A stretch of DNA of 64,000 bases from Eledone cirrhosa (Eukaryota). The translations under genes were made by a program, and so were the position numbers. Positions 62,401-64,000 of the stretch are shown one piece after another. How positions within the stretch are numbered: the first letter of the stretch is position 1; each line of letters starts with the position of its first letter. The DNA lies in assembly GCA_964016885.1 (NCBI GenBank), contig OZ024745.1, forward strand, positions 806,001 through 870,000, given 5' to 3'. The notes beneath the pieces were generated by a model. The model worked only from the letters and a program-made list of their open reading frames with translations. It ran no database searches and had not been told where the DNA came from.

Positions 62401-63105
62401 TACAACATACAGGGATACAGTGTACCTATTCTAAACTAGATATACATGGTCTTACAACATACAAGGATACAGTGTACCTATTCTAAACTAGATATACATG
62501 GTATTACAACATACAGGGATACAGTGTACCTATTCTAAACTAGATATACATGGTCTTACAACATACAGGGATACAGTGTACCTATTCTAAACTAGATATA
62601 CATGGTATTACAACATACAGGGATACAGTGTGCCTATTCTAAACTAGATATATATGGTATTACAACAGACAGGGATACAGTGTACCTGGTATTACAACAT
62701 ACAGGGATACAGTGTACCTATTCTAAACTAGATATACATGGTATTACAACATACAGGGATACAGTGTACCTATTCTAAACTAGATGTACATGGTATTACA
62801 ACATACAGGGATACAGTGTACCTATTCTAAACTAGATATACATGGTAGTATGACATACAGGATTACAGTGTACCTATTCTAAACTAGATATACATGGTAT
62901 TACAACATACAGGGATACAGTGTACCTATTCTAAACTAGATATACATGGTATTACAACATACAGGGATACAGTGTACCTATTCTAAACTAGATATACATG
63001 GTATTATGACATACAGGGATACAGTGTACCTATTCTAAACTAGATATACATGGTCTTATGACATACAGGGATACAGTGTACCTATTCTAAACTAGATATA
63101 CATGG
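51945..63105. repeat. 5587-bp (109-monomer) near-perfect tandem duplication
   Basis: Constant offset 5587 (109x52-4x20-1): deletion junctions 52118/57705, 52566/58153, 53170/58757, 57101/62688; AGAGATAGAG 54641/60228; TATTCAAAAC 55021/60608; CATGGCCTT 55351/60938; TGCTATT 56161/61748. Confidence 0.93.
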
Positions 63106-64000
63106 TATTACAACATACAGGGATACAGTGTACCTATTCTAAACTAGATATACATGGTATTACAACATACAGGGATACAGTGTACCTATTCTAAACTAGA
63201 TATACATGGTATTACAACATACAGGGATACAGTGTACCTATTCTAAACTAGATATACATGGTATTATGACATACAGGGATACAGTGTACCTATTCTAAAG
63301 TAGATATATATGGTCTTACAACATACAGGGATACAGTGTAGCTATTCTAAACTAGATATACATGGTATTATGACATACAGGGATACAGTGTACCTATTCT
63401 AAACTAGATATACATGGTATTACAACATACAGGGATACAGTGTACCTATTCTAAACTAGATATATATGGTATTACAACATACAGAGATACAGTGTACCTA
63501 TTCTAAACTAGATATATATGGTCTTATGACAAACAGGGATACAGTGTACCTATTCTAAACTAGATATATATGGTCTTACGACATACAGGGATGCAGTGTA
63601 CCTATTCTAAACTAGATATATATGGTATTACATCATACAGGGATACAGTGTACCTATTCTAAACTAGATATATATGGTATTACAACATACAGGGATACAG
63701 TGTACCTATTCTAAGCTAGATATATATGGTATTACAACATACAGGGATACAGTGTACCTATTCTAAACTAGATATATATGGTATTACAACATACAGGGAT
63801 ACAGTGTATCTATTCTAAACTAGATATATATGGTATTACAACATACAGGGATACAGTGTACCTATTCTAAACTAGATATATATGGTATTACAACATACAG
63901 GGATACAGTGTACCTATTCTAAACTAGATATATATGGTATTACAACATACAGGGATACAGTGTACCTATTCTAAGCTAGATATACATGGTATTACAACAT

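Larger units (their letters stand above)
1..64000. repeat. 52-bp tandem satellite array, about 1,235-1,240 monomers, single orientation, open at both window ends
   Basis: AAACTAGATA recurs at 1, 53, 105 and onward to AAGCTAGATA at 63973. Consensus AAACTAGATATACATGGTATTACAACATACAGGGATACAGTGTACCTATTCT (A20 T15 C9 G8). Most monomers differ from it by 0-3 substitutions. No non-repeat sequence seen. Confidence 0.99.
31000..64000. repeat. Right satellite sub-domain (variant set B)
   Basis: Recurrent variants seen only here: 20-bp deletion GTACCTGGTA, CTAGGTAT, TAATCTAG, AAATTTGAT, ATAATAAAATAG, GTAGCTATT, GGATGCAG, CATCCAGG, GTGTGCC, CAACAGAC, CAGGATTAC. Boundary approximate. Confidence 0.8.

Noticed and set aside
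1-64000. CRISPR array
   Set aside because: There are no unique spacers. The entire 52 bp is repeated with only point variants, and no leader or cas genes are present.
1-64000. Repeat-protein CDS on either strand
   Set aside because: 52 is not a multiple of 3, so a reading frame cycles through all phases within 156 bp. The plus strand has TAA/TAG (TCTAAACTAG) and the minus strand has several TAG/TAA per monomer, so no long ORF is possible.
1-64000. Telomerase-type telomeric repeat
   Set aside because: No TTAGGG/TTAGG-like unit and no G-rich strand (G8 versus C9). The unit is longer than typical telomerase templates, and kb-scale duplicated variant patterns indicate recombinational copying. 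A subtelomeric location cannot be excluded.
1-64000. Fungal RIP signature (CpA to TpA, e.g. ATACAT/ATATAT)
   Set aside because: Most CA and TG sites are intact in nearly all monomers, and variants are inherited in blocks. RIP would mutate them heavily and independently.
1-64000. Variant positions as an encoded message or programmed diversification cassette
   Set aside because: The variant order is explained by block duplications at exact monomer-multiple offsets. No recombinase, reverse transcriptase or target gene is present.
1-64000. tRNA, 5S rRNA or other structured RNA gene array; G-quadruplex
   Set aside because: The unit is too short, lacks Pol III A/B boxes and a cloverleaf, and has only one GGG per 52 bp.

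Overview
The whole 64-kb window is one uninterrupted, head-to-tail tandem array (satellite DNA) of a 52-bp monomer, consensus AAACTAGATATA(C/T)ATGGT(A/C)TTA(CA/TG)ACATACAG(G/A)GATACAGTGTACCTATTCT (about 33% GC, no CpG in the consensus, roughly 1,235-1,240 copies, all in the same orientation). The array runs off both ends. I see no genes, RNA genes, mobile elements, CRISPR spacers or unique sequence, and no evidence of a new gene-encoded system. What can be read is the array's internal structure. Rare variant monomers recur in fixed order and reveal nested higher-order repeats (HORs) of 9, 12, 40, 43, 60, 81 and 109 monomers. Two sub-domains with different variant sets meet at about 30-31 kb. 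A 20-bp deletion monomer is amplified only in the right domain and removes the loop of an inverted repeat. A CA/TG/CG/TA dinucleotide polymorphism resembles methyl-CpG decay. I do not recognise the satellite family or the organism; a eukaryotic heterochromatic or centromeric origin is an inference. All counts were made by eye and may miss copies.
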